Source: Octopus sinensis (lineage: Eukaryota). From it: a stretch of DNA of 64,000 nucleotides. The position numbers and the translations under genes are program-made. The DNA lies in contig NC_043002.1 in assembly GCF_006345805.1 (NCBI RefSeq), positions 83,328,001 to 83,392,000 on the forward strand. Direction: 5' to 3'. Of this stretch, positions 13,968 to 28,194 are shown one piece after another. The notes beneath the pieces were generated by a model. The model saw nothing but the letters and a program-made list of their open reading frames with translations. It was not told the origin of the DNA and ran no database searches. The stretch's first letter is position 1, and each line of letters opens with the position of its first letter.

Positions 13968-14640
13968 CTGGCAGAAACGTTAGCACGCCGGGTGAAATGC
14001 TTAGCGGTATTTCGTCTGCCGTTACGTTCTGAGTTCAAATTCCGCCGAGGTCGACTTTGCCTTTCATCCTTTCGGGGTCGATAAATTAAGTACCAGTTAC
14101 GCACTGGGGTCGATATCTGTCCTTGTTTGTCCCCTCTGTGTTTAGCCCCTTGTGGTTAGTAAAGAAATAGTATTTCGTCTGCTCTTACGTTGTGAGTTCA
14201 AATTCCGCCTAGGTCGACTTTGCCTTTCATCCTTTCGGGGTCGATTAAATAAGTACCAGTTACGCACTAGGGTCGATGTAATCGACTTAATCCGTTTGTC
14301 TGTCCTTGTTTGTCTACTCTATGTTTAGCCCCTTGTGTGTAGTAAAGAAATAGGTATTTCGTCTGCCGCTATGTTCTGAGTTGAAATTCCGCCGTGGTCA
14401 ATCCGTGGTCAATCCGTTTGTCTGTCCTTGTTTGTCCCGTTTGTGTTTAGCCCCTTGTGTGTAGTAAAGAAATAGGTATTTCGTTTGTCTTTACGTTCTG
14501 AGTTGAAATTCCGCCGAGGTCGACTTTGTCTTTCATCCTTTCGGGGCCGATAAATTAAGTACCAGTTGCGTACTGGGGTCGATCTAATCGACTGGCACCC
14601 TTCCCAAAAATTTCGGGCCTTGTACCTTGAGTAGAAAAGA
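13968..14640 (+). mobile_element. SINE family A concatemer (~4 units, some internally deleted), inverted relative to 12838-13260
   Basis: Head at 13968, with restarts at aaagaaata(g)gtatttcgtc near 14170, 14352 and 14474. Confidence 0.88.
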
Positions 14641-14815
14641 ATATTTTCACAACCAAGATATTTGAATTCTACGACTTTCTTGTCACTCAACGTTGATTTG
14701 GTCAAGAAGAACTAACCGAAATTATTCACCAAAAAACGATTTAAGCAGAAACATTGTATTTTTCATTTCAGTTAGAAAATGGCTAATTTAACTGATGAGT
14801 TATTTTAGTTCTATA

Positions 14816-15221
14816 CTAGCAGTATAGCCCGGCGTTGCTTGGGTTTACTTTCTTTTCGACCCTTTAGAATTGGAATTTTTGAAAAGTAAAAATTCAGCAT
14901 TATGTAGCTTGTTATTCTCTTTAACTGAACATTTTTCTGGTTGAAATACACCGAAAAATGGCGACACTGCGGTCAAAAAATCGTAAAAAATAGGGATTTT
15001 CATAGAAAAAAGCACCTTTTTGATGTAAATAATGTTTGCTCTTAGTCTTAACATGGTCCGATTTGAATTTTTTTCTTCCACGGAATGAAGAGCAAGCCTT
15101 CTTCTATCATACTCTCAATTTTGGTCAACTTGCGCCGCAGGGTCTCGGAGGAGATAGTGTTAGTTGAAGGCTACCAAACCTGCCACACACACACAGACAA
15201 CTTCAGCTTTATATATATAGA
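14816..15221 (-). mobile_element. Non-autonomous Helitron-type element (same termini as 10033-10553, different interior)
   Basis: ctagcagtatagcccggcgttgcttggg at one end and acacagacaacttcagctttatatatataga at the other. A third degenerate CTAG end lies at 57431. Confidence 0.65.
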
Positions 15222-17773
15222 GAGTAGTTACGACTTCAAGCAAAAAAACAACTAACTCTACCAATACTGTCGACCAAACCTTGGTTTCAAACGTGAAGAA
15301 TGAAAACAGTCAATTAATTGGATCCCTGTATTCAACTGCTGCGTATTTTATCGACTCCAGGAATATGAAGGACAAAATCGACCTCAACGGGATTTGAACT
15401 TAGGAAGTAAATGTATACAACTATAATTATTTCAGTCGCATACCTTTAAGTGTAAATCGATAGAATTCATCTCAGTACATCACTGTTTCTAGTACAGCCC
15501 CCACGGAATGAAACTCAACTGATAGACTCGATTTCATCAGCTGTGCCCTCTACCAAAACCTGTTAATTTTTTATGATGACAGAATTGTGAAAGCATTAAA
15601 AAAAATCCGCAATGTTTCCTGTGGTTCCTTATGTTCCAGGTTCGCATCCCACGGAGGTTAATTTTGCTTTTTAAGCCATTCGGAGTCGATAAAGTAAAAT
15701 ACTGATCATGTACTGGAGTCGATGGCATCAGCTAACCCCTGCACCGGTCTAAGTTAGAAACAATTCTTACAATGAGAGCAAAGGACGGTGAACTGGCAGA
15801 ATGGTTAGAGAGTCAAATATGCCTTGTGATATTTGTACCAGCTTTTTACATCCTAAGCTCATTCCAAGGGTAGATTTACCTTTCACTCCTCCTGGGACGA
15901 TAAAGTAAAGGGATAGTTAATTATTGGGGCCGACTAATCCCTGCCCTCAAACACCGCTTTTCTTGTGCCTAAGTTAGGAACAATTATCATAAAAGTAAAA
16001 GGCGTGAATTTAGCTGAGCCGTTAGAACACTTTTCCGACTCGTTACGTTCTGGGCTCAAATTCCACCGAGGTCGACTTTGCTTATTATTGTTTCGGGGTC
16101 GATAAATTGACCTGCCTTCTCCTTTTCTCTCGGAATTGCTGGCCTTGTGCCAAAATCAATAATAATAATAATAATAATAATAATGATAAACATTATTATT
16201 ATTGTCGATAAGGTAGCGAGCTGGTAAAATCGTTAGCATGCCGGGCGAAATGCTTAGCCCGTCGCTACGTTCTGAGTTCAAATTCCGCCGAGGTCGATTT
16301 TGCCTTTCATCCTTTCAGGAACGTTAAAATAAGTACCAGTTGAACACTGGGGTCGATGTAATCGACTAGTCCCCCTCCCAAAATTGCTGTCCTTGTGGCA
16401 AAATTTGAAACTATCATTATTATTGTCGATAAAATAAATACCAGCTGAGTAATGACGTCGATGAATCGACTAGAGCTCTCACCCAAAATTGTGCCTCTAG
16501 TAGAAAGGATAGCACACCGGACATAATGCTTATCTGTATTTCCCCCTCATTACGTTCTGAGTTCAAATTCTGCCGAGGTCGATTTGCCTTTCCCCGTTCG
16601 TGATCGATAAAATAATACCAATTGAACACCGGGATCTATGTAATCGACTTGCCCCGAAATTGCTGGCCTTGTACCAAAATCTAAAACCATTATTATTATT
16701 ATTAATAATAATAATAATAATAATAAAGCATCACGCTACCAGTTCTGCTATTCCACCGTCTGCCAAACATCAAGAAGAAATAATAAACTAGTCATGTAAT
16801 TTTACCCTCAATTTTTATAAACGAAATAAATTCAAAATACAAAAACAGACATGAAACAAACGATTGTTATCTTAATAATAATATTTAAGTACATTTGCCG
16901 CAGTTTATAATATAATTTTATGATATAACTTTTTAAACGATGATTCATTGAATCATGAGGAAAAATATTTGTCTATAGAAACTGGCGGAGACATCGCTAG
17001 CGGTGGCAGCAATAGCGGCAGCGGCAGCAGTAATGGCGGCAGCAGTAGCGGCGACAGCAGTGATCTACGTCGATGAAAATGACGTAGCGAAGTGTATAAT
17101 TCTGGTTAACTTTGTATGAGAAAAGGAATTTGACATTTTATATCCGATGTGAGATTTCCCTCTTCTCCACGCCTCGGAAAAAAGGGTTCAATCAGGAAAT
17201 GCTGGGATCTTCGTGAACTTCAATCAAACTCTTTCAATGTTTGAATAAGTTACTGGGACGTAGTCATATGGCGATAGAATTCGGTTGAAACATAGCTGTC
17301 GTGTGTGTGTATGGGGGTAGAATTTCTGTAATGGTATCTTAAATTATACTACGGCAAATTGGTCGAGTCATTAGAGTAATGTAAAGAATTCCTTTCGGTC
17401 TTTGTTCCGACTCTCTGCTGTGAGTTCGAAACTCAGCGAGGTCACCCTCACACTTCTTGCAACCTAAACTGTAACCGATTCATAGTATTATTAACTGCTA
17501 CTTTCATATTGGCTTAAAATGTTGGCACAAGGCCAGCAATTACGGGGGAGGAATAAGTCGATTACATTGATCCCCATTGATCAACTAGTATTTATTTTAT
17601 CGATCCCGAAAAGATAAAAGGCAAAGTCGACACCGGCGAAATCTGAAATCAGAACGTAAAGACAACGAAATGCCGGGAAGGAGTGTTAACGATTTTGCCA
17701 GCTTTCGTCTTAATAACATGTTGATAATAAACAAGATTTATACAGCAGTATTCTCTCCAAGACACTCTTTTGA

Positions 17774-17828
<55 letters not shown>

Positions 17829-17831
<3 letters not shown>

Positions 17832-18824
17832 CAGGTCGCTCTAGAGTGCTCCTGGTAACATGTAATCCAGTACAACCTGTTGCATGGTCGGGTCGTCGGC
17901 GACTAAACTGACAACCCCACCAGGCTCGCTTGGTGAGGAGGGTGTTGTTGGACACCCTGTGGGATGAAAAATAAGACCCATCAAAGGGCGGATGAACTCC
18001 TGAACAGTCAACGGCCATCCAACAAAAATGTCGGCCTGCCCGCTAAAACAGCACGAAGAACGAAGAGAAAAGGAAAAGGGCCTCAGTACCCTGCACGTCA
18101 ATTGGGCCACTCCATGACGGCGGAATGCAACCCGAGCGACGAGAGGCTGCTAAAAATCACAGGTTCCCGAGGGCCGTCATGGAACAGGACTAACCTTGCC
18201 ATATGCACCTACAACTGCAGGTCCTTGGCAGGGTGGCAAGAACTGAGCCACCTAATGGAGGAGAGGAAGAAGATCAGGTGCGACGTGTTAGGGCTGTGCG
18301 AGACACGCTGGAAGAAGGAAGCGAGTATACAATGGCAAGATGGATGCACTGTGAGATTAGGGAGAGCAGAAGGTACTGGATCGGTCGGAGGTATCGGATT
18401 CATCGTAAGTAAGGAATGGGCTTCGACGGTCGCTTCTTGCCGGTTCATATCATCACGGATTGGTGTACTGAATGTGAACCTCTCAGAGAAGGCCACCCTC
18501 AAGATTGTCCAGACCTATGCTCCCACAAGTAACAGCGACGACGATGAGTTGGAAGAATTCTATCGACAGCTAGACAAAGGGTTGGCTGTGAAGTCCACTT
18601 ACACTGTCTTGATGGGAGACTTCAACGCAAAGGTTGGACATGGACGACAAGGGGAAGAGTACGTCGGGAGATTCAGCATAGGAGAGAGAAACGAGAGTGG
18701 TTAGTCCTGTTCCTGCTTGAGCGAGCGAATGAGTACAAGCTGCCCCTTTGCGTTGCGTTTGTAGACTATGAGAAAGCTGTGACCAGCGGTGGCAAATGGA
18801 CGCCCGACGGACTGGTCGGTCAAG

Positions 18825-18828
<4 letters not shown>
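17829..18828 (+). mobile_element. Internally deleted RTE-clade LINE inserted in (TA)n
   Basis: 5' UTR followed by an AP-endonuclease ORF (ICTYNCRSL, DVLGLCETR, VQTYAPTS, VLMGDFNAKVG; ORF 17964-18704), a 22-codon RT piece LLERANEYKLPLCVAFVDYEKA (18713-18778) and a short terminus ending TGA. (TA)n on both sides. Confidence 0.88.
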
Positions 18829-18880
<52 letters not shown>

Positions 18881-20260
18881 TACTTATATATATATTTATA
18901 TATATATTTATATATATATATATAATATATATATATACTATATATATATATATATATATGGGATATATATATATATATTCAGAAATTTAACATGTCTGGA
19001 TTTGAGCTGGAGGTGGCAGTCGATTTTCTCAATCCACCAAAAGAAGCTATGCTTCCCAATTTCCTCGGTTCGATGATTTTATCTGTCGGTCGCAATTCCT
19101 GGCAGAAGTGTCATCGATAACAGGGCGGGATTTGAACTTAGAATTCACTGATCTGAAACGGATATTGTACAGTATCCCACCCAAAGATCTAACAATTTTG
19201 GAAATACACTCACTCTCCTGCGCTTGTATTGCGAAAAGATGAAACGCGAGGTTGACCTCGCTGGGTCTCGAACTCGCAGCAGATAGCCGGAACAAAGACC
19301 AAAAGGAAATCTGTACAGCACTCTAATGACTCGACTAATTTTCCGCCTAAACTCTCTGTGTATTTATGTCAACGTTATTTGTGCAGATTTTCCCTTAATA
19401 AAGCCTATTTCTGGAAAGGTTATCTCTTCATTAGTCATCTTTAGCATGTTTCCAGCCTTAAATGTATATTATAATTCATTTAATTTAGGCGTGGTCAGAA
19501 GAAGAGGATATTATATCTACAGCTTCTAAATATACATAACAGTAATGGTTTCGTGCCGGCAACGTAAATATATTCTCCTATTTCAATTTCATTAAGTGGA
19601 GAGTGCCTTTTGCTTTCATAGTAATGTTTCATTGCATATTTAAACAGTACCTATCATTCAATTCTTTTATAAGTAGATTATATGTCCTTATTGCCCAAAT
19701 ATTGTTCCCTAATCCATACAGTACACTACTCCTACTTAGCCGGTCAGTAACTTCAAGGGAAAGGTTTAAGTCGATTACATTGACCCCTGTGTTCAACTGG
19801 TACTTATTTCATCGACTTCGAAAGGAAGAAAGGCAAAGTCGACGTAGTGGGAACAGGATCTCGAAACGTAAAGATGTTCGAAATGCTGCTAAGCAGTTTC
19901 TCCAGAGTGCTAACTATTCCGCCAGCTCATCGCCCTGTATACTCCACCACATATTAACAGGAATAATGCATAAGATTTGTAAGCGAAATCAGTTGGTATC
20001 CACCAGCAAAAGAAACTGATGTAGTGTGCTTGCCATCGAGTTTCAGAAAAATGGATCAGTGAAATTTCGAAATTTTTCCCGTGCTAGATTTGACCAAATT
20101 ATTTACAGGCATGTACATCATATCTTCTGCCTATATTTTTGTTATATTCTATAATATTTTACTTACTTCAAGTTTCTGGACAGTGGACATGCTGTAGCAT
20201 TGGCTTGTAGTCTAAGTCCAACAAATCGAGAACCAGTGTTTATTTTTCAATTCAGTACCT

Positions 20261-20341
20261 ATTCTATCGGTCTTTTGCCAAACCACTTGGTTACAGGGAC
20301 GTAAACTAGCCAATACCGGCAACAAGTGGTGGAGAAGAGAA

Positions 20342-20383
<42 letters not shown>

Positions 20384-20870
20384 ACACACACACACACACA
20401 TACACACACACACATACACACACATTCTATCGGTCTTTTGCCAAACCAGTTGGTTACAGGGACGTAAACTAGCCAATACCGGCAACAAGTGGTGGAGAAG
20501 GGAACAAACAAACACACACACACACACACACGCACACTCACACACACATACACACACACACGCACACACATACACACATACACATACACACACACATTCT
20601 ATCGGTCTTTTGCCAAATCACTTGGTTACAGGGACGTAAACTAGCCAATACCGGCAACAAGTGGTGGAGAAGGGAACAAACAAACACACACACACACACG
20701 CACACTCACACACACATACACACACACAGGCACACACATACACACACAACACACACACACACGCATACACACACACATTCTATCGGTCTTTTGCCAAACC
20801 ACTTGGTTACAGGGACGTAAACTAGCCAATACCGGCAACAAGTGGTGGAGAAGGGAACAAACAAACACAC
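20261..20870. repeat. Four-unit tandem array of an ~85-bp SINE-B-derived segment plus (CA)n spacers
   Basis: attctatcggtcttttgcc at 20261, 20424, 20596 and 20777. Confidence 0.92.
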
Positions 20871-20892
20871 ACACACGCACACACACCACACA

Positions 20893-20996
<104 letters not shown>

Positions 20997-21389
20997 ACAC
21001 GACGAGCTCTCACAGATTCCATCCACAAAATTCGCTTGCAAGCTATTGGCGGCCCGAAACAATAACAAAACGCTTGGACAAGACGGCGCACTGTAGGACT
21101 GAACTCCAAAGAACTTGGTTGCAAAACCTATACATCATTAATACGTAAATAGTCATTGCTATCATTAGAACAATAGTAAATTGTTGATTTGGGGTGGCGA
21201 AGGACAACCGTTGAATACATTGACTGAGTTGTTATTGCGACCCTAGAATCATAAAGCGATTATTTATATCGACTTCGAAGGGGTCTGAATCTAGACCATA
21301 AAGGAACGTAACTGGTTATAGAAAGTTGCTTCACCACTCGCCTCGCCGTTCTGCCATTTCTTCACCAGCCTCAAATGAAAAAAAGTAAC

Positions 21390-22070
<681 letters not shown>

Positions 22071-22165
22071 CGGGAAGGTTTACGAAAATAAACAAAAGAC
22101 GAAGGCAGGTGGAGTACAAACAAACAATGTATTAGTATGGCGCTCAGGAAGAGAAATAAAACAAG

Positions 22166-22203
22166 TCTTTTACGTTTCTAGCCTACGCTCTTCGACAGAA
22201 AGA
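22166..22203 (-). ncRNA. Hammerhead-like motif, CUGUNGA family copy a (within ~200-bp Penelope-like terminal repeat, ~22070-22260)
   Basis: UCUUU-CUGUCGA-A-GAGC guag GCUA-GAA ACGU A-AAAGA. Confidence 0.5.
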
Positions 22204-23005
22204 TACACAGAAAAGAAACAAGGAGAGAAAAAGTTGCGTGTAGGGGCTAACGATCCAACATGGCGATCCAACATATATATATATATACATATATATATCA
22301 CCTTTTATTCATATGTATGTGTATATGTTATACTAATGGGTTTTACCATTGGATGCCCTGATGTTTTAATGTATATTTATGTTCGATTTATGATAATATG
22401 GGACTGTTATAAAGCTGTTTTGACCAATTAGAGCGTTTATTCATTAAACCTTTTAATTTATTTTTCCTTTCGTCTCATATCAAGTGGCCAGCATAGGAAG
22501 AAAACCCTTATAGGTAATAACTATTATTAAAATTATGATTAAAGGTATCTATGAGATACCACCATTCTTGAAATAACAAGAATATAACAATAGGTGTCTT
22601 TCGACTCAGAACGAATCGAATTGAGTTGGCATGTATCAAGTCAAAGCCTAAAGGCAGGAACATAGGAGATGGACATAAGAAGTGTTGACGGTCGGCAGTC
22701 AGGCCATGAAAGATCATGGCTGTCCGGACACCGATCACGTGGAAGGAGGAGAGATGGGTAGGGGGCAGCGGGATTGAAGGATTAGAAAAAATCAGAGACA
22801 AAGAGAAAGGTACAGGAGCGATAAACAAGTGGGGAATAGTGGGAGTTAAAGAAAGAGAGGGCAAGAAGCGTGAGAGAAGGGGAGCGAGAAAAAGGAGGGA
22901 AAATGAGAGAGGGATTAAAAGACAGAGTAAGAGCCGTACAAAATTAGATAATACCTAATATAAGGTGAGCACAAGGGTGTACGTACACCTTATATATATA
23001 TATAT

Positions 23006-23075
<70 letters not shown>

Positions 23076-23428
23076 GCAATAGAGGACATTAAAACATTCG
23101 GACAGACAGACCATACAAAGGCGGACAAGAGAAACAATAATTAGAAGGACAGGCAAAAAAAGACGGGTCATTCGTGGCTTTCTTTCCTCAGTCAAGTTCC
23201 AGAAGTCACGAACATTTCGGACAGTTACACTTGAGATGGTTCGATATGTTTGCCCCCCTCCCCACCACCACCAAAGTCTAACCTAAAGGCATTAGACCCC
23301 TTTGTAAGAAAGCTTGCGAATGTGTACGGCAGCAAAGACAAAAAACAAACAAAAAACATGGTTTTAGAGTCAGGTTTTGACTTCTAGTTCAAACATGGTG
23401 GTATTTCTTAGATACTTTTAATTATGAT

Positions 23429-23459
<31 letters not shown>

Positions 23460-24943
23460 TAATGATTATGTTCATTTGCTCGCATAGATAATTTCAGGAC
23501 TGAGTAAATTATATTACGCTTTTCAACAGATTAGAAATAACTTGAAAGGATACCAGTAAATATATATACATTTGTGGAGAATTAAAAAAAAACCCATCAC
23601 TGTGGGTTAACGTAGCATGTGTGTTTTCGATCAATTTCTTTCTTTGAATATTTTTCAAGATGAACGTCATTTGATAAAAAGAGTAAAAAGAGGGAGATAA
23701 CCGTGGTACATATCAGCTTCATATAAATAACATCACTGACTTTCGGGTCACTGATAGTTCTAGAACCTTTTATAGCTTGCACAAATTTACGAGCAATAAC
23801 TTCGAATTCCCACGGCCGCCTCACTAGTTTTGTGGGCGTCCTTGTTTCACTATAACGTGCATAGCACAGTATTAATAGAATTGTATCATTTATACTATTG
23901 TACAGATACCTGTATTTCATTATTTAAGTTAAAATAAGGCGGCGAGCTGGCAGAATCGTTGGTATGTCGGGCAAAATGCTTAGCTGCATTTCATCCGTCT
24001 TTACGTTCTGAGTTCAAGTTCCCCCGAGGTTGACTTTGCCTGGGGTCGATGTAATCGACTTATCCCTCCCCGAATTTGCTGGTCTTGTGTCAAAATTTGA
24101 AATCATTAAGTAGATTTTTATTTGTGGAATCTGGAAAGGCTTTTGTACCAAGGCTTGAGGAATATCGATGTTGTACTTGTGTATCATATCCAGTTCTGTG
24201 GCGTAGCTAATAGGAGGGAGCGACCGTTCCTCCACCGCCGAGGACATTTTTCAAAATTGGCGCCTTTTATAACATGTATACCAATGAGTTTAAATAGTCT
24301 GGTACATGTCACGGCGCCTCTTTTCTAAATGCTCGCTCTTCATTACTTTGTGGAGGCTTGTGGCTTAGTGGTTAGAGTATTAGAGTCATGATCGTAAGAT
24401 TCTGGTTTCGATTACTGGACCGGGTGAGCGTTGTGTTCTTGAGCAAAACACATCATCTCCTGTTGCTCCAATCCACTCAGCTGGTAAAAATGAGCAATAC
24501 TGCAATGAACTAGTGTTTCGTCCAGGTGGGGAATGGAAACCGGGAAACTGGCCCTTAGGACTCGGAAAGGAACTTTACTTTTTTTTTTCACTTTTTGTCT
24601 TTAGAATCTGTCTACGCGTCTGCTCCAGTTATAATGATTTCTCATACTTTCACAGATCACAAATTAGGACATGGTAGTACTTAGATCGATTATCAAAAGA
24701 TAACAGATAAAAAATCCTTCCCGAACCCTATGTACTCATAAAAGCTGGTTTCCGGTTTCCGTCGTGTAATATATATTTACCCACTGGACGGGATGCCGGC
24801 CCGTCGCAGGACTACCAATTATTGCCAGTTGAGTGGACTGGAGCACATGAGAGCAAGTATTTTGCTCATGAACACAATGCGTCACCCGGTCAAGGAGTCC
24901 AATACCCTAACCCCTAAGCTATGCGAGGAGAGGTGGACAAGTA

Positions 24944-25441
24944 CCGTAAATCCTCGAGTATAGTCCGCTCTTGGGTATAATATGCAGGGGATTTTTAGGA
25001 GGCTGTACCACTGAAAAACCTAAACCTTGTGTATAATACGCACCCCTTCTCCAACTTGAGTCAAGGAGGTCTATATAACGTCCTTGGTTTGTAAAAATGT
25101 ATACGATAACGTCCTTTATTACTATTGTATATATAACATAATGCAAATGTGTAGCTTTTTTGTGCATTTTGTTTGCAGAAAATAAAGAAATAGCAGTAAT
25201 AACGTTTAATAAATGTTGCTTATTGCAAGTTATGGATGATTCTTTTATGACTTCATTGCTTTCAGGCTTAGCTTAAGGTATTTTCGCGCCCGACATCACA
25301 AAATTTGTGTCTGACAGCAAATAGAGACTCGGACACTGCTTAGAAAATAATTTTCATTTTTAACCTCGTATATAGTACGCACTAGGGATTCTGACCATTA
25401 AATTTTGGGAAAAAATGCGGATTGTACTCGAGGATTTACGG
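24944..25441. mobile_element. Tc1/mariner-pogo type MITE
   Basis: TIRs ccgtaaatcctcgagtatagtccgc / gcggattgtactcgaggatttacgg, TA on both flanks, no ORF. Confidence 0.8.
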
Positions 25442-26349
25442 TATATTTCCTCGCTCCCAATACTTCAGCACTTTATTTTATCGGATGAAAAGCGAAGTTG
25501 ACCTGAGGTGGGGGAAGATTTGAACACAGAACATAAAGATCCAGAAGAAGGATATAATAACAATACCGATGATTGTAGTTAGTAAGCAATAATTATATTA
25601 ATTATAAAATACTCTTGATTACTTGATCTATAAACGTTTATTTTACTTTTTTCATACACATGGTATGGTGAGTGGCGCTTAATTAAATTAAAATACCAAA
25701 TTTGGAGATTAATATTTTTCTCTAATTAAGAAGTAAATAACATTTAAGATCAGAAATACAAAACAGAAAATCAAAATCAAAAAGAAAAGTTTACAAAAGT
25801 TGTTTGAGTGTAATGAGAAAATAAAATAGAACAAGCAACGTTGTTGATGAATAACATATAAAACTGCGGAATTAAGCGGTGTCACATTTTGGTTTGTTCT
25901 GAGTTCATCGCTGCTACGCAATATTCAACAAAAACTCCACCTATATATATATATATATATATATAAAACTTACTTAGAAAAGGATGCGTGGCGTTCGATC
26001 ATATAATATATATATGAGAAATTATGATAAACACTAGTTTATATAATTAGTTTTCTGCCGACGTTCCACCGTGAACACACAAGATATACTATATATATTA
26101 CATATATATGTTACATATATAAATATGGGTGGCATTTTTAATGGTTTTGTTGAGACAGTTCTTATTTGTTTGTTCTCGCAAAAGGCTTGTCTCTTCGTTA
26201 ACATTTTGCCAAATTATCATCGAAGGAATAAAACTGGAAGTGAGAAAGTGCAGCGGCAAAATATGTTGAAGGAAATGATAAGGTGGAAAGAATGAGAAGA
26301 AATACGAAATTTTGCTTGATTTTTGCTAAAGAAAAACAATAATAACAAT

Positions 26350-26514
26350 TTATACGATGATATCAATATCTATATCAGTGGCTGCCTCTCTCTGACTTTC
26401 AGTGAGACAAACTGGTTTTGTTACTTCCTCAGAACCACAATCGACGATCTTGATTCTCTTAGTAGGTGAATTACTGGCATCAGTTTTGATTGCAGCAATC
26501 TTTCTCATAAAATC
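26350..26514 (-). CDS. Cyclophilin gene 2, last coding exon
   Basis: Acceptor ttctag|. 165 nt: DFMRKIAAIKTDASNSPTKRIKIVDCGSEEVTKPVCLTESQREAATDIDIDIIV*. The four exons total 690 nt = 229 aa plus stop, with consistent phases. Confidence 0.92.
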   Translation of the reverse strand, partial: DFMRKIAAIKTDASNSPTKRIKIVDCGSEEVTKPVCLTESQREAATDIDIDIIV

Positions 26515-26723
26515 CTAGAAATAGAAATATAAAAATGAAAAAGATAGAATAAGGAAAATATTTCAAGAATTTTCTGATAATGAATGTGATGGGAATAATG
26601 GTCTTCTGAAGTAAATAATATCGACGAAACAATTTTGTAACATGTAGCATTGGTAGTAGTTTTAAACAAAAGTAAATATAAATTCAAAAATGAAGTGCAG
26701 TTTTAATATATAATTACTTACTT

Positions 26724-26950
26724 CTTTACTACCCACAAGGGGCTAAACACAGAGGGGGACAAACAAGGACAGACAAACGGATTAAGTCGATTACATCGAT
26801 CCCAGTGCATAACTGGTACTTAGTTTATCGATTCCCAAAGGATGAAAGGCAAAGTCGACCTCGGCGGAATTTGAACTCAGAACGTAGCGGCAGACGAAAT
26901 ACTGCTACGCATTTCGTCCGGCGTGCTAACGATTCTGCCAGCTCGCCGCC
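26724..26950 (-). mobile_element. SINE family A full copy (gene 2 last intron)
   Basis: Complete head, body and tail match to the family consensus. Confidence 0.88.
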
Positions 26951-28009
26951 TATTAATATATAATTACTGGTTAAGGCTTGGTCAGGTAGAATCGTTACCG
27001 CTCTGGAAAAAATGCTTGGCGGCATTTCTTCCGACTTTACGATCTGAGTTCAAATGCTACAGGGGTCGACTTTGCTTGTCATCCTTTCAGGGTCGGTAAA
27101 ACAGAACCAGTTGAACACTAGGTCAATGTAATCGACTAGCCCCCTCCCACAAAATTTCAGGCTTTGTGGCTATAGTAGAAAGGAATGCACAGTGCACCTC
27201 ATTTTAATGTTTAAATCGTTCGTTTTAATCGACAGTCGTGGACTTTACTGCCGTGACAACAGATTAGGGTTCCGCAGTCTCTTACTAAACAACCTTCACA
27301 GATGATTTGTACATAGTTGTCAAATGTTTATGTTATGTATTTGATCACACACACCATCATATCGACATTGCCACACGTCAGATGTTAGAAGTGATCGCAA
27401 AGCAATGTGAGGTTAAGTATGTTGTTCAAGAACACAACACCTTACCCAGTCTGGGAATCGAAACCAGAATTTCACATTCGTGAGTACAACACCCTAACCA
27501 CTTGAGCATGTGCCCTTTCTAATAGACATAGTACGCCGCCAATAAATATTGGCCTCAAATTTTGACACAAGGCCAGCAATTTCGGAGGAGAGGGTAAGTT
27601 GACTACATCGACCCCAGTGCTCAACTGGCACTTATTTTATCGACTCCGAAAGGATGAAAAACAAAGTCAACCTCGGCGTAAGTTGAACTCAGAACGTAGA
27701 GACGGAGGAAATGCTGCTAAGCATTTTGCCCAGCATGCTAACAATTCTACCAGCTCGCCGCCTTCACACAGCTAGTACATACTGTTATTAGATGATAAGG
27801 TTGTATACTAAAAACAGATTTGAAAAGAGCAAGGTAAGCTATGCCTTGACAGTTAATATATGTGTGTGTGTTTTTTAATATAGTTATTTTATTACAGCCT
27901 TTTCTATGACTATTATCGAGAGAAGAGATGAGCTTGCAAGAAAAAAGATTTCCTTTAAAAAGTGGACAAAGCCGAGTATTTAATAAAGTACAAAAAAATT
28001 TCCACTTAC

Positions 28010-28194
28010 GTATCCTTTCAACAATTTACCGAAGACAAGATGTTTTCCATCCAACCATCTTGCTTTTTGTAACAAAAGGAAGAATTGAGAACCATTTGTA
28101 TTTTTGCCATGGTTTGCCATGGAAATAATACCAGCACTATCATGACTTAATGTGAATTCTTCATCATCGAAGGTGTCTCCATAAATACTTTTAC
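28010..28194 (-). CDS. Cyclophilin gene 2, coding exon 3
   Basis: Acceptor ttttag| and donor |gtaagt. 185 nt, the same length and phases as the gene 1 exon: (G)[61 protein letters not shown]. Confidence 0.96.

Noticed and set aside
13968-14050. tRNA gene calls at SINE heads (A and B boxes present)
   Set aside because: There is no cloverleaf with a proper acceptor stem, and the heads continue directly into SINE bodies.
17964-18704. 246-aa ORF as a host gene (CFDP2-like annotation trap)
   Set aside because: It is the AP-endonuclease of an RTE LINE, followed by an RT remnant and flanked by (TA)n.
20261-20870. CRISPR-like repeat-spacer appearance
   Set aside because: The repeat is ~85 bp of SINE origin, the spacers are related CA microsatellites, there are no cas genes, and the context is eukaryotic.
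23150-23250. CUGAGGA...GAAUGACC motif on the minus strand, with a homologue CUGAAGA at ~54245-54325, preceded by a UCAAG/CUUGA stem
   Set aside because: Both copies have GAAU instead of GAAA, stem II pairs poorly and stem III is inconsistent between copies. Not called a hammerhead, though a consensus-level recheck is reasonable.
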